Source: Marsupella aquatica (Eukaryota; Plantae; Marchantiophyta). Taken from it: 64,000 bases of DNA. Under the pieces are notes generated by a model. It was not told the origin of the DNA. It did no database searches and saw only the letters and a program-made list of their open reading frames with translations. This document shows, piece after piece, positions 1 through 12,814 of the stretch; position 1 is the first letter of the stretch, and each line of letters begins with the position of its first letter. The stretch is from the NCBI GenBank assembly GCA_973895155.1, contig OZ316899.1, positions 4,467,241 to 4,531,240 of the forward strand, read 5' to 3'. A program made the translations under genes and the position numbers.

Positions 1-141
1 ATTCTCTAGTCATTCTCTCGCCAGACGTGAATGCTTCTGAGGACAAGTTCTGGCACGGGTGGTTCCAAGGATAGGTTTTGGCACGGGTTTGAGTCCAAGG
101 ACTGCTTTTGGGCGCCCAATTGGTACATCCCTTATGGGATT

Positions 142-257
142 TCATTCCTATGACTGTCTCATTCCTATGACTGTCTTGTTCCTATGACTGTCTCATTCAT
201 GTGACTGTCTCGTTCTTGTGACTGTCTCATTCCTGTCCGTGTCTCATTCTTGTCACT
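142..257. repeat. 17-bp tandem array (TCATTCCTATGACTGTC, ~7 degenerate units)
   Basis: Read directly; units decay left to right. Confidence 0.85.
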
Positions 258-535
258 CTTGGAGAATGTTTTTTTAGGACAATTATCTGTACCTCATTTC
301 TTTCAAAAGTTCTACTAAATAGGGGTACTGTAATAGGATATTTAGGATTTCAAAGAGGAATTAGACCTCATTTCTTCCATAACTGCCCTAATTTTAGAAT
401 TAGACTTCATTTCTTCTTAATTGAGGACAATTGAGGGTCCTGACATGGGTTATGTCTTGGTATTGAGGAATTGGACTTCAATTGTACCACAATTTATCAG
501 TTGGGTGGTTCCTTAATGTGATATTACATGGGTTG

Positions 536-623
536 GGGATTTGTACCCTGTTGGAATTTGTAGCCTACTGGAATTTGTACCCTGTTGGACCTTTTACCTT
601 GTTGGAATTTGTACCCTGTTGGA
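536..623. repeat. 17-bp tandem array (GGAATTTGTACCCTGTT, ~5 units)
   Basis: Read directly. Confidence 0.85.
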
Positions 624-916
624 CTCTCCTTCTCTCTTAGAGTGAAGCATCGAATAATAGTGGGTCCTCTCCTTACTTCTTGTGGGACTTTTTGTCATAA
701 ATGCATATGATTGTGATAATTCCGTGACTTTTGGGAGATGTTTAGACCTAACCTAATGCTCTACACGAGGCTCGTCTAGCCATCAAACCTCCTTGTGTTT
801 CCTTCCACTAACTATATTCGTTAGTGATTCTACGCGAGCCTTGTGTTGAGGGATACTGACGTGCATGTTTTATTCTGGAAAACCAGGTCTTTTTCTACCG
901 GTGAATAATTCCCATC

Positions 917-3900
917 TTGTGTCCACACGAGAGTCGTGTCAATGTTACTGTCAACCTCGAATCGGTCAAGAATATGTTTTCCCCTGGGGATCGAGTTCAT
1001 CTCTTATTGAACGATGAACTGGTTGCGGGTGGGACGGTTTTCAGCATTACTCCCTCAAACTCTTGCCACAACATTCTGATTGGAGAGCATAGAATCAGTG
1101 TTTCTGTTGAGGATGCATTCTTCCACCTTGTTGAGTTACCTTATCCAAACACAAGGGCGGACCTGGTCAGTGAAAGCTTAAATTTAGTAATTTTGTGGGA
1201 TCGGTCCAGTGTCAGGTTTGCGCAAAGAAAATTTCCAGTTTATCCAAATGAAAACCAAGAAGGCTCGGTTTATCCAGGTGACAACCAAGAGGAGATTCCT
1301 CTGGAGCGAGAAGCAGGTTTTGGGGAGCAAGATGCCATGGGAGACACTATCCATAGTCAGGACAATGTTCTCTTGAGCGAGGACCTGAGCAATCGAAGTA
1401 GGTGGTTCAAGAAGTTTTCTTTGCTTTACGGAGACGATGATGAGACATTACTGGCTTGAGGGTGTATCACAAATCCGTACCCTCAAGCATTGATTAACAA
1501 TGAGAGAGTTGGAGATGATCATGTCGAGATCAATATTCTCACACTGGCCGCCGACAACATCTCAAAGATGACGTTCCCTTATTTTGTTGAGGGAACGCCT
1601 TGCACAGTCAAATGGCCTTTGCAGAGAACTCGGATCGAGCTTGGAATGCAATTTTTAAGCAATCTATTGGATCAAAACAACTTCCGGAATCCCGAGCAAG
1701 AAATTGTATCATATGTTAAACCAAAGCGAGGATATAATAATCAATGTCGCAACCCATAGGCTCCTGAGGAGAAGGAAAGGAAGAAGATTCATAGAAGGCG
1801 TAACAGAAAGAAGACTCGGGAATCTATTGATGCTGTCTTCTAGGTTGAGTGCTGCACAAAGAATTGTTGTAGGAGACAACAGTGGGAAGTGGTCAATCAG
1901 GTTAGAGATGAATTTTATGATCTCTCTCACGCCGATCAATAGACGTACATTTTGAACCATCTACACGGGAGGGATACGGAAACTATCGAGGCTGGGATGA
2001 TTATTTTTTGTGGGACTCATGTCTGTAAAGAAGGGTTTTGGGCCATCCATGGTTTCTCCAAAGGAACCTTCTATTCAATCTATAGTCACTATTGGAATGG
2101 GGCAAAAGTTGGCGTTCATGGCAACCAAGGATCAATGAAAACCAAAGACCACGTCACATTGTTTGTGGAGTCTATACAAAGTGTATTCCAGAAATGTGCA
2201 GACCCTATGCCTCATCTCCATAAAATTGGAGAGTCTGGAAAGCAGGAGGTTGTGTATAGGGTTCCCATAAGCTACGAGAGGAAAGATGTTTATGAAGAGG
2301 CTTGCGAGCTTAACAAGAATTTTGGAGCTTCTTCTCCTGTCATCGCTACTTTCTACAAGATATTGGAGAAAAAGTTTCCCAATTTTCAGTTTCCTGATCG
2401 AAGCAATTTTCCAAAATGCGATCTTTGTACTACAATCAAAGAGACTCTTCGAGGCGAGAAGAGACAAGATGTTGTTCTTGAAATCAAGGCCAAAAGAGAA
2501 CGTCACATGCTGGAACAATAGTCCCGGAGAAGCATGTATTATGCAGCCAAACTGGCAGCAGATCAAGAGCCAGAGAAGTATCTCTTGGTGATTCATGACA
2601 AAATGGGTCAAGCCAAAACAGGGATACCAAAAATGACTTCAACTCTTAAAAGTCAAGGGGGTAAATCAATTTTGTTACCGATGACGTTGACTGGAATGCT
2701 CACGCATGGATGGGATCCCGGAATCTATGCCCATTTTGCACTTGGTGGATTGTGGGCGAGTGATCCTGATTTCACAGTGTCATCTCTTTTGAAGTTGTTC
2801 AAGGATCTTGAGTCATTCTCTAGGGATAAGACTGGAGGAGACTTATCGCTAAGGAGCACAGATGTGTCTGGTTCTATGTTTGTTGCGCTTTTAGATTGTC
2901 GGGCTTTTGAGATTGGCTATCTAGAAAGGAAGAATGTGGATTTTGACCATCTTAAAGGACTTGAGAACGAGGCTCCGAGCGAGCCTTGCGTGGAACCCTC
3001 GTCCTCCAATTCTTTTCGACCACTTCCACAACATTTGCACCTCTAACTTGACAATTCAGGGAAGGACAATAAGAATCAGACCCTGATCGCATATTGTAGT
3101 GAGCTTGTTCTTCGAGGAGTGTTTGATTCCGTTACACTCTCCTTCCTGATGGTTGGTCATACTCATGAGGACGTTGACGCATTCTTTTCACAAGTAGGAA
3201 TTTGGATTTATAATTGTGAGTTAACAACTTTCTTTAGTTTGATGGCTGAAGTTTGGAGGTGTGAGAGGAAGCATCCAGTCCCAAGATTCATCTGGGAGGT
3301 TGCCGGATACAAAGCTTATGTTTCTTCTTATGTGAAGAAGATCCAAGGTCAGTCGGCCCCTGTGCAATTCTTGTTTTCAATGAAAGAAAATACACCTGTT
3401 TAGCAATATCGGGAGAAAATTGATTTGTCGTGGCTACCTACAAAAGGTCACACCATTTGGAAAACTACTGGAAAGGACTCTCTGTTTCCCTCCAGAAATC
3501 CTCTTTCAAAACAAATGGAGTCTACTCATAAGCGAGCAAGTGACATTCTCGAATATCTTGTTCATTATGTTTCATGGCTAAAAGCCGCCTGGAAAGATGT
3601 CACATCAGAGGGATATCGTTTTCGATCCCCGAAAATTGAGTATTGGGAAAATGTCATCAAGGTCTTCAAAGGTTCCCTATGCTTTGCGCCTAATCTAGAG
3701 AGGGACTATCTGCTACTCAATGGGTTTTGGCCAAGAACTAACCATGGAACCGGATATCGAGCTGAGGTTGGGAATTATGAGAATAACATTGGCTCTATCA
3801 ACAATGTCGTGGGCAGCCTTGAACGTGAACTTCAGGAAGATCAATATAAGAGCCAGACAATATTTGTCGGCCACCGCTCGGAGCGAGAAAGGTCAAGATT

Positions 3901-4292
3901 CTCCCCACTTGAGGATATTAAAAAGGATACGTTTGTTATTCTTTGTCCAATAGATGAATTTGAACAAATAGTTCCCCTTTGATTCTGGCTACGAAGAGCC
4001 ATGGATCGCATTGTGCGGGTTCCGGATGATGCTCGTGCTGGGGAGTTTGAGGTGGAATGGTGGAGACTTGTCCATCAAAAATTGTCTGTCCCAGACTCTG
4101 AACAATATCGGGATTGTTCAATTCTAAACAGTCCTGGGAAGTTGATCCAAATTACCAAAGTCCTACAATCCGACACGATTGGCTCCTTGCAACGTCTACA
4201 ATCAATGGCTGGAATTCAAAGGCAAAGGGTAAGGTAAAAGTTCATGTTCATGTTCTTGAAAGCGTGAATGCATACATTTCCAAGAACTTTTG
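917..4292 (+). pseudogene. Decayed DDE/DDD transposase gene, DUF7869-type/Sola1-like, with N-terminal Tnp1/En/Spm-like domains
   Basis: ORFs at 917, 1490, 1952, 2534, 3119, 3425 and 4001 are all in one frame, separated only by single stop codons. Motifs: CC-x2-NCC, FPKCDLC, IHDKM, HL*LDNSGKDNKN, FLMVGHTHEDVDAFFSQ. The C-terminus appears to shift frame near 4135 (WEVDPNYQSP...ISKNF*). Element termini not found. Confidence 0.75.
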
Positions 4293-5451
4293 AATGGAGT
4301 GTTTGTTTCTGCACGAGGCTCGCGTAGGGCCTCCTCCTTTTGCCTTACCAAGGAAGGTTTAGGTAGACGGTTTGGATCTGCACGAGGGTTGCGTAGAGCG
4401 GTCTCGCTCTGGTCTCTAGGCTAGGGTCTATTGAAAGCGACATGGCCGTGACCCAAGATTCGCACGCTTTGGCCGTTTCTTGGTCTTGTCCAAATAGGGA
4501 ACTCCTCACTCTCTTTTCCCATTCTGCGGTTTCTGATTCACTTTCAATCTGCTGTTGATGTTAGTTTTTGTTGTCATTTGATTTGTGTTAGTTTTCATAT
4601 TTCTTAATCTGATTTCGAGAGGATCTCTTGAGTTCTCTCGATGAATCCACCAGTGACGTCCAAGGACCTCGCCGTGACCAACAACTCAACAAAGGTTTCC
4701 CCGCCTCATAGCTCAAAGAAGGGGAACGCCCCAAGGAGGTCATCCAAGATTTACATGCCTGCGGATGGGTTTGACCGTAATTGCAATTCTGACAAAGAAG
4801 GATCTTTTTTAAGAGAGTGTACTCGATGTAAAAGGTTTTTCTGGTCAGAACTCGATGGAGATACCTGTGGCTTTCCCGATTGTAAGACACCAGGAGAATA
4901 AAAAATGGATGATTCAAAGATTAGCCCTGGAGGAAATTCCATGCCGCCTATGGTGGGGTAGGAGGCATTGGGTGCAAGGAAAGCCGGAAAGATGCCTAGG
5001 GAGACTGAGAACAAAAGACGCATGAAGGAAAACGTCAATGTCTACTATGGGAAGGGAAAGAAGCAGCGGCGGGCTCCAATGGACCATTGAGCTTGGGCAA
5101 AGGAACCATTCCTTGACTGCCGCAAATCCACTCCGGACTTGGATGAGTGGATGTCATCTTCTTGGAACAATTAAGATTTGAAGCCATTTGGGAGAGTCTT
5201 AAGTTTTTGAAGCATTTTGAGGATAACGCAAGTCTCGCGTAGATATTTGACGCCGGAAATTTAGATTTGTGTTTGCTCACTTTTGTTTATGCTTTAAGCT
5301 AGAAAAGGAGATTTCCTTATCTGAAAGGTGTTTAGGAACCTGGACATTGGTTGGAGGAATGTCTCTTGCAACTGTGAGATCGTAGATCATTTATTTCACC
5401 CAAATCTCTTTCTGTGCTAGTCTCACGTAGAGCGTTGAGGTCCTTCTGTTC

Positions 5452-7294
5452 TGTGATGCCTAGCCAGGAATCATTAGGCCAGTTTAAATAGTAAAATCAG
5501 GAGTGTACCCTAGGAAACACCTTAGTATAATAACAAAAATAGGGAAAATATAAACAATTAAGGATGACTATGGAACCCAAGTTGAGGCCAAAAGTAAGGA
5601 CACCGGGGGAGGGAACACGATTAGGGTTAGGGCGCGCTAAGTACCGGCGGCTATGGGTAACCAACAGGAAGGAAGACCAGCCAGGGGGTAAGGACCGATC
5701 GCAAGGAATGGCGGCTCATTTGCAAGCACGAGCCAAGCGGATGACTACGGGAGGCCAACTACTGTCCGCTGCTCAGGCAAGCACTCGGGGTGGAAGCAGA
5801 TACCGACAATCAACTCAAGAAGGGTATGAGCAACGTCAATCAAGCTGCTCATTTTTGGGGATGCCTGTTAGAACGGGCAACTGAGTACATTGGGATCTAC
5901 GAGGACAAAGAATTGGAGAGAGCGGCTCGAGAACGGCAGGAGCTCGCTTGGCTGTGGGAGCTGCAGAAGTCTGCCTTCTTAGGAGGAGCACTCATTACGA
6001 CTGAATTCTTGTGGACACCTACTGCCGACGAACTTGACGATCTTTTGTTTTGTGAGAATAGAATAGTTGGCATCTGGGAGGCCATCAACCGCTACAACGA
6101 CATACACTGGGAGTTGAAGGGTAGCACGGAGGGGTGGATGAAGGCAACCCTGCTAGGAGAAACATCCACGGCAGCCGCTATGAAGAGGAAAGGGAACAAC
6201 AACAAAGAAGCCACCCCTACAAAAAGAACGAGGTCGGCGGCACCCAGGAAACCAGCAGAGCAGGGAAGTAGGAGGCAGGCGGAAGCCGAAAAGGAGGAGG
6301 TCGACCCCGTCAATGTTGTTCCAACAAGAGATGACACCTGGAAAGGCTGGGCGGCGACCCTCCCCGAGGAGGTGCAATTACACTTTGCACGAGAAGAGGA
6401 TGCATGCTTTACGACTATGCAGACTCGGAAATACCAGGGCTTCATGGCCGGATCCGGCTTGGAAGCCTTCGTAAAGTTACCATGGCTGAAGCCAGAGGTG
6501 CCAGATTCAGACTTACTAGAATTCGTGGGATCATGGGAGCCCGAGACCAATTCCACAAGGGTGTATGGGAAGGATTTCTATCTCACTCCCCGGGTGATTG
6601 CCGAAGTGTTTGGCTTGCCGATGGGCAATAAGACCAAAGTAGATACCAGGAAGACCTTGCCAGACAAGGAGTTCTGGTCGTTTCCAGGGCCATCAACAAA
6701 GAATGGCTTCGTTCAAAACACCTGCACAAACCCGCACATAGGAGAAATGATCGATTTCTTGCGGGTGACCATGCATTGCAACTTGCCAAGGGCAGAGATC
6801 GGCAAGGCACAGGTCTATCTGGCAGAGAGGCCAGACCCAAGTCGGGACTACAACGGGTACCTCCTCACCTAACTAAAGAAGATCTTGAAGGAGGAACAGC
6901 TGGTGATCAGCATGGGAAGCGTGTCCCGGCTTGGCTATCATATGCCGCTATTGTGCCGGTATGCCCGAAGTCAGATATTTGCCCCGGTACTTCCAAGCGG
7001 CTTACCCAAGCCAGTTGGGGATCATTCCAACGGCGGAATCCAAACATACCTAAAGGAAAACCAAGAGAGGAGGACAAGGGAAGGCCTAGAATAGGCCGGC
7101 TACGTATCTCATGACCCGATGAAAGATCTGTCCAGTATATGTGAGTAAAATGTTAATAGTAATAGTAGTAGAAGGAAGTTAGCAGCGTCCCATGCCGCTA
7201 AGCCGCAAAATCGGCCTAACCAAGAGAAAAACCTGCGGGAATCGGCTTGTGCAGAGGGATTTCTTGGGTTTAGGGAGCCATGGGACGCAACACA
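5452..7294. mobile_element. Family A TG..CA unit, internally deleted copy (solo-LTR-like)
   Basis: Starts TGTGATGCCTAG and ends GGGACGCAACACA. 5-bp TSD TGTTC at 5447-5451 and 7295-7299. Colinear with 12815-17474 except for a ~2.8-kb deletion near 6975. Confidence 0.88.
5826..6975 (+). pseudogene. Truncated copy of the family A ORF (N-terminal ~380 codons)
   Basis: Aligns by eye with 13188..16553. A TAA at 6870 replaces Q, and the frame is cut by the deletion at ~6975. Confidence 0.8.
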
Positions 7295-10200
7295 TGTTCC
7301 TCCGCGACTGTCTTACCCACATCTTGTTGCCAGCTTCCTTGGGTAGTTTGGGTGGAGTCATCTTCCCAACAGATTTTTAATTCAATTTTGGCATCGATGG
7401 CATTGGTTTGAGGGATGCCTCTTCCAACATCAACTATTTTTGTGAATAATGAAAAATTTTCCTTTCCAAAATCGTGTGCACGTTGTCAATCACTTGCATG
7501 GTATCTTCAGCTCTCATGTATCTCGTTTTTTTGTGTCACCTCTTTCCTAAAACTTTGGAGGACACAATTATCGCGTAGAGTGCACCGAGCAAGTAGACTT
7601 GATTTCAAGTTACCCAATAGAGCTCAGCTTAGCACAGATTCCTCGTCCAACGGCTATCTAATCCTTGGGCTCTGGAAGTCCCCCCGTTTGGGCCAAGCTT
7701 CTGACCCAAAGGCCTTCCTCTTGAGATTTTGTTAACATTGTGAATCATCTATGGGGTGATTAGAGAGATCGAGTGATTCACAGAATTGGTCTAAGGAGGG
7801 CTCCTTTCCAAGCCCATAATAACCTTGCCCCGACCAGTCCCCATTAAAGTTTAACGAACCTCCTCCTCATGGCATGTTCACTATTCAATATTCTTTCCAA
7901 GCACATACCCTGCCCCAACCAGCCCCCATTAAAGTTGTAATGGGACTCCTCCTCATCGCAGGTTTGCTATTCAGTATTCAAATGGGTGACCTCAATTGCC
8001 AAACTGGAATTTCAATTTCAATGGTGCCCTTTGTGTTCATTCCAAAACTCTAATCTGAAAATTCCAAAACTCTAAACTTGTTGCAACCCCTAGAACAAGT
8101 CTACCTAAGGTTAGGACTAAACCCCTAACCCATGACGGTTATACAACCAACCACCTAGACAACCAACTATGTATATGAAGGAATTGGATGAGTAAAACAG
8201 TTGGTGTTATTATGATGTTTAACACGTTATCAGCACGAGTGTGCTCCTGAGATTTTTCTTCCCCAACCCACCAGTGTAGACCGATCCCAATTCCAATTTT
8301 GATTTCAATTTGAAGACCAAATTCCAGACCAAAGTTTTTTTTCCGATACTCCTCCTATCCACTCATGATTTGACAAAAGGAAGATGATCGTAGATGATCA
8401 ACATACATTCTTGACAACAATTCAACAAATTCCAATTATTACAATCTGAGGTAGATTCATCTGCCAAACGCTACACATCACAACATATCGCTGAGCAGAG
8501 ACGGATCTACACCATCATCCTCCAAAACTACACTCATCATTGAATACAATGACAACAAATGCGACTGAGAAGCTGTATTTCCAAGCATTATGTATCGATG
8601 GATCAATTTTTTATCATGGACACTGGATGTTGAGGCGCATCTCACATCAAAGAACCTAGAAGACACAATCCTAATAGACAATGGCCCCACTCTACAGGAG
8701 AAGGCGAAGGCCCTGATCCTGATTCAACACCACCTTGCCGATTCTCTACAGCGCCAATATATGAATGCCTACAACCCCCGAGTTCTATGGGACGAGCTCC
8801 ATGCAAGATTCGACCATACGCGCACGATCTTCCTCCCGGCAGCAAGGCATGACTGAATTAATCTTTGCGTACAGGACCACAAGACGATCGCTGAGTATAA
8901 CAACAAACTTTTCCAAATTGTATCACAATTGGCGATTTGTGGCCACCCGGTCGATGAAGAGGAACAAATTGAAAAGACCCTGTCAACATTCCACTCAACC
9001 AATTTAGTACTATCCACACAATATCGCAACATGAGATTCACAACATACTCCAAACTAATCGCCCACATGTTGCTACCAGAAAATATCAAATCCTGCTATT
9101 ACAGAATACCAAGCAACGCCCCCTAGGACCCTACCTCCATAGACCAATCCTGAAACATACTTCAATACGTGGAGACGAGGCTCTGGCACCTCATATCGTG
9201 GCCGAGGTAGCTATCGCGGAAGGAATAACTTCCATGGACGGGGCAACCATTTCCAGCGGGGCGGAAGAAGCAATTAACGTGGAGGAAGGGGTCAGGTCAG
9301 AGCGCAACCAGGAACCTTCCGCAACAACTGGCCAAGAAACAACGGCAATCAACAACGGCAGAACGCCCATACAGATAAGTCTGACAACCCTCCAATTTGC
9401 CATAGGTGCGGGACTAAAGGTCACATTAGGAAAACTTGCCGGGCCCCAGCACACCTTGTCGCACTATACCAGAAGAACTTACATAATGATGAATACGAGA
9501 CACATGGAGCATTCCTAGAAACTCCAGAGATCTTACCCGAACTGCACCTCGCTTTCCAATCAGAAATGTCTAAAGCCCTGGATGACCCTCATTGCTACAT
9601 ACTAGACAACGGGACCTCACACTCAATATTAAGAACCAAAGTTTATTTTACCCAGATCGTACCTTCCCAACGGAGAGTTACCACAATTATGGGCAACCAC
9701 CAGCTAGAAGAGGGCAATGGCCTAGCCAACCTGGTCCTGCCCAAGGGCACGGTTATACACATCAAATCCGCAATATATGCCCCAAAGGCTACACGTAACC
9801 TCTTCAGTTTCAAGGACATCTGGGAGAACGGCCTGCACATCCACACCAGCATCCACGAATCCCAATAAGTATTACACATTGTGGCCAAGACCAAGAATGG
9901 CATAGAAATAAAAGAGACACTGATAGCTTTTCCATTGGGATTCTACGCCATTAGAATCCACACCTTTTTCACTGAGACCCCTACACAGACTATAACCAAA
10001 ACATGGCATCGTCGCCTGGGACACCCAGGCACACAGATGTTCCATAAGATCCTCAAAGACACGCAGGGAATACCCACCTCAGTACACCCAACCTCCATGC
10101 GATCTCATTGCCTTGCATGCTCACAGGGAAAACTCACAATGAGACCTTCCCCATCCACAACAGACAAGAATATCCCCAAATTCCTCAAGCAAATACATGC

Positions 10201-12814
10201 GGATGTATGCGGCCCTGTCGATGTTCCAAGCGGACCCTTCAGGTTCTTCTTAGCTACCATTGACGCCTCATCAAAATGGTCCCAGGTCTCACTCCTCTCA
10301 ACACGTAACTTAGTCTTCTCCCAACTCTTAGCCCATATCCTGCGCCTAAAAGCACAATTTCCCAACCACCCCATCAAAACATTAAGAGTAGACAATGCGG
10401 GAGAATTCACATCACACTCAGACATTTGACGACTTCTGCATTGCATCTGGGATTGAAGTTGAATACCCTGTAGCTTACGTTCATTTCCAAAATGGGATTG
10501 CAGAATCCCTCATTAAACGTCTACAGACAATAGCTCGACCACTCCTTATGCAAACCAGTCTCCCACCTTCTGTCTGGGGCCACGCCATCCTACACGCTGC
10601 TGCACTCCTTAGATACAAGCCATCTGCTTTTAACACGAGCTCCCCATACCACCTTGCATTTGGCACCTCACCTAACCTGGCACACCTTTGAACATTTGGT
10701 TGCCAGGTCTTGGTTCCCATAATGGGACCCAAGAGGACTAAACTGGGACCCCAGAGGCAGAAGGGGATCTACATAGGTTTTGACTCCAAATCAATTATCA
10801 GATACCTAGAACCTACAACTGCTGACATATATAAAGCTAGATTCGCTGATTGCCACTTCTATGAGACAGTATTCCCAGCCTTAAACACCACACCAAAAAC
10901 ATCAGAATCTGCAACTAAACAACTAGCCTGGCAAATCAACTCCCAATTCTGGAACGACCCCAAAACTTCCCAAACAGATACAGAGGTACAACGAATACTA
11001 CACCTCACTTGAGTCATGGAAGAATTACTCGATGCATTCGCGGATGTTGCCAAAGTGACCAGATCCCATAACCCAGCTACCAACGCACCATCTAGAATCA
11101 ATATGGACCACCAGCCAGCCACAAGCATTGAACCATGCAAGAAAGAGGAAGACCTCCTGGAGCTATGGATAAACACCCTTGCCAGAGGAGGGCCCAACAG
11201 ACCACCCCAACAGCGAACGATGAAATAGCCATTAACTACAATTACACAGGCAAAATCCACTATAGACCCACCACAATACCAGACAACACATTCGCATTCC
11301 AAATATCAGCAGCAATGATGGAGGACTCACCTGATCCCTCAACCATAACAGAAGCGAGAAAACAACCTGATTGGCAAGAATGGCAGAAGGCAGTCAATTC
11401 AGAACTAGACTCCTTGATTTCTCGACAAGTATTCGGACCAATAACGCCAGTAACTCCCGATACTCACCTCACCGGATACAAATGGACATTTGTCAAAAAG
11501 AGGAATGCAGAAGGTGAAATAGTCAGATACAAGGCACGCCTAGTGGCCAAAGGATTTACCCAGATACCTGACAGAGATTACAACCTCACCTACTCACCTG
11601 TCATGGACGTGATCACATATAGATACTTGATAGCATTTGCAATACATCATAAACTGACAATGCATCAACTTGACATAGTCACTGCTTATCTATATGGACA
11701 TCTTGACACCATTATTTACATGGAAGCCCCTCCTGAATTACTAACCAGAGTTCATTACCATATTCAGGGGGAGCACAGACTACAAAACGCTCCCACCAAG
11801 AATGAAGGCCCTTTTGGCCACACAAACAAGAAAGTGCTACACACTACCGCCAAAGCAATCGCTTGGAAGGCCCCTGCTAAACAGGGAACAGATCCGAAAA
11901 CACTTATTGCTCGGAACCGATTTGCTGTCCAAGTCCTCAGATCCATGTATGGACTCAAACAGAGTGGGTGTACCTGGTACAGACATTTTAAGACAGAGAT
12001 GATGGCAATGGGTTTCAAAACTTTAGACCTTTCCCCATGCTTATTCATCAAACAAGAAAGACAAGAGATCATCATAGTAGCAATATATGTGGACGACTTG
12101 AATTTATTTAGAACACCAAGGATCCTGCAAGACACAATCAAACAACTGAACAAGGTGTTCGAGATCAGAGATTTAGGCAAAACTACATTCTGCCTCGGAT
12201 TGCAATTCGAATACCTACCACACGGAGTACTACTCCACCAATCTACATATACATGCAGGATGCTAAAGAAATTCAATATGCATAACGAAAAGGCAGTCAA
12301 GTCACCAATGGACATACATTCTCTCGACAGAGATAAAGACATTTTCCGGAAAAGAAATGAAGAGGAGCCACTGCTTGGCTCCGAGAAGCCATACTTATCG
12401 GCCATTGGCGCACTTTTATTCTTGTCTTCACAGACTCGACCTGACATTGCTTTCGCAGTCAACCTGCTAGCCAAGTATAGCTCACAACCCACGATCCGAC
12501 ACTGGAACGAGATTAAACGTATATTCCGTTACCTCAATGGCACCATTGATCTTGGATTATTCTACTACAACAAAGCGGACATCACACTAACCGGCTATGC
12601 TGATGCTGGATACTTATCCAACACTGCAGACGCCAAATCTCAGACCGGATACGTCTTTCTAATTGGACTTACAGCTATCTCGTGGCAAAGCACGAAACAA
12701 ACACTTACCACCACTTCTTCAAATCACTCGGAAATAATTGCACTCTATGAGGCAAACCGCGAGTGCATCTGGTTACGCAATGTAATCAATTACCTTCAAG
12801 AAACCACAGGTAAA

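Noticed and set aside
1457-3982. U-to-C RNA editing or stop-codon readthrough rescuing the in-frame stops
   Set aside because: Reverse editing is known from organelles of hornworts, lycophytes and ferns, whereas this is nuclear TE DNA. All three stop types occur, and methyl-C decay explains them more simply.
4641-4901. 86-aa ORF with CxxC...CxxxxC
   Set aside because: Short, with no recognisable family and no second copy to test.
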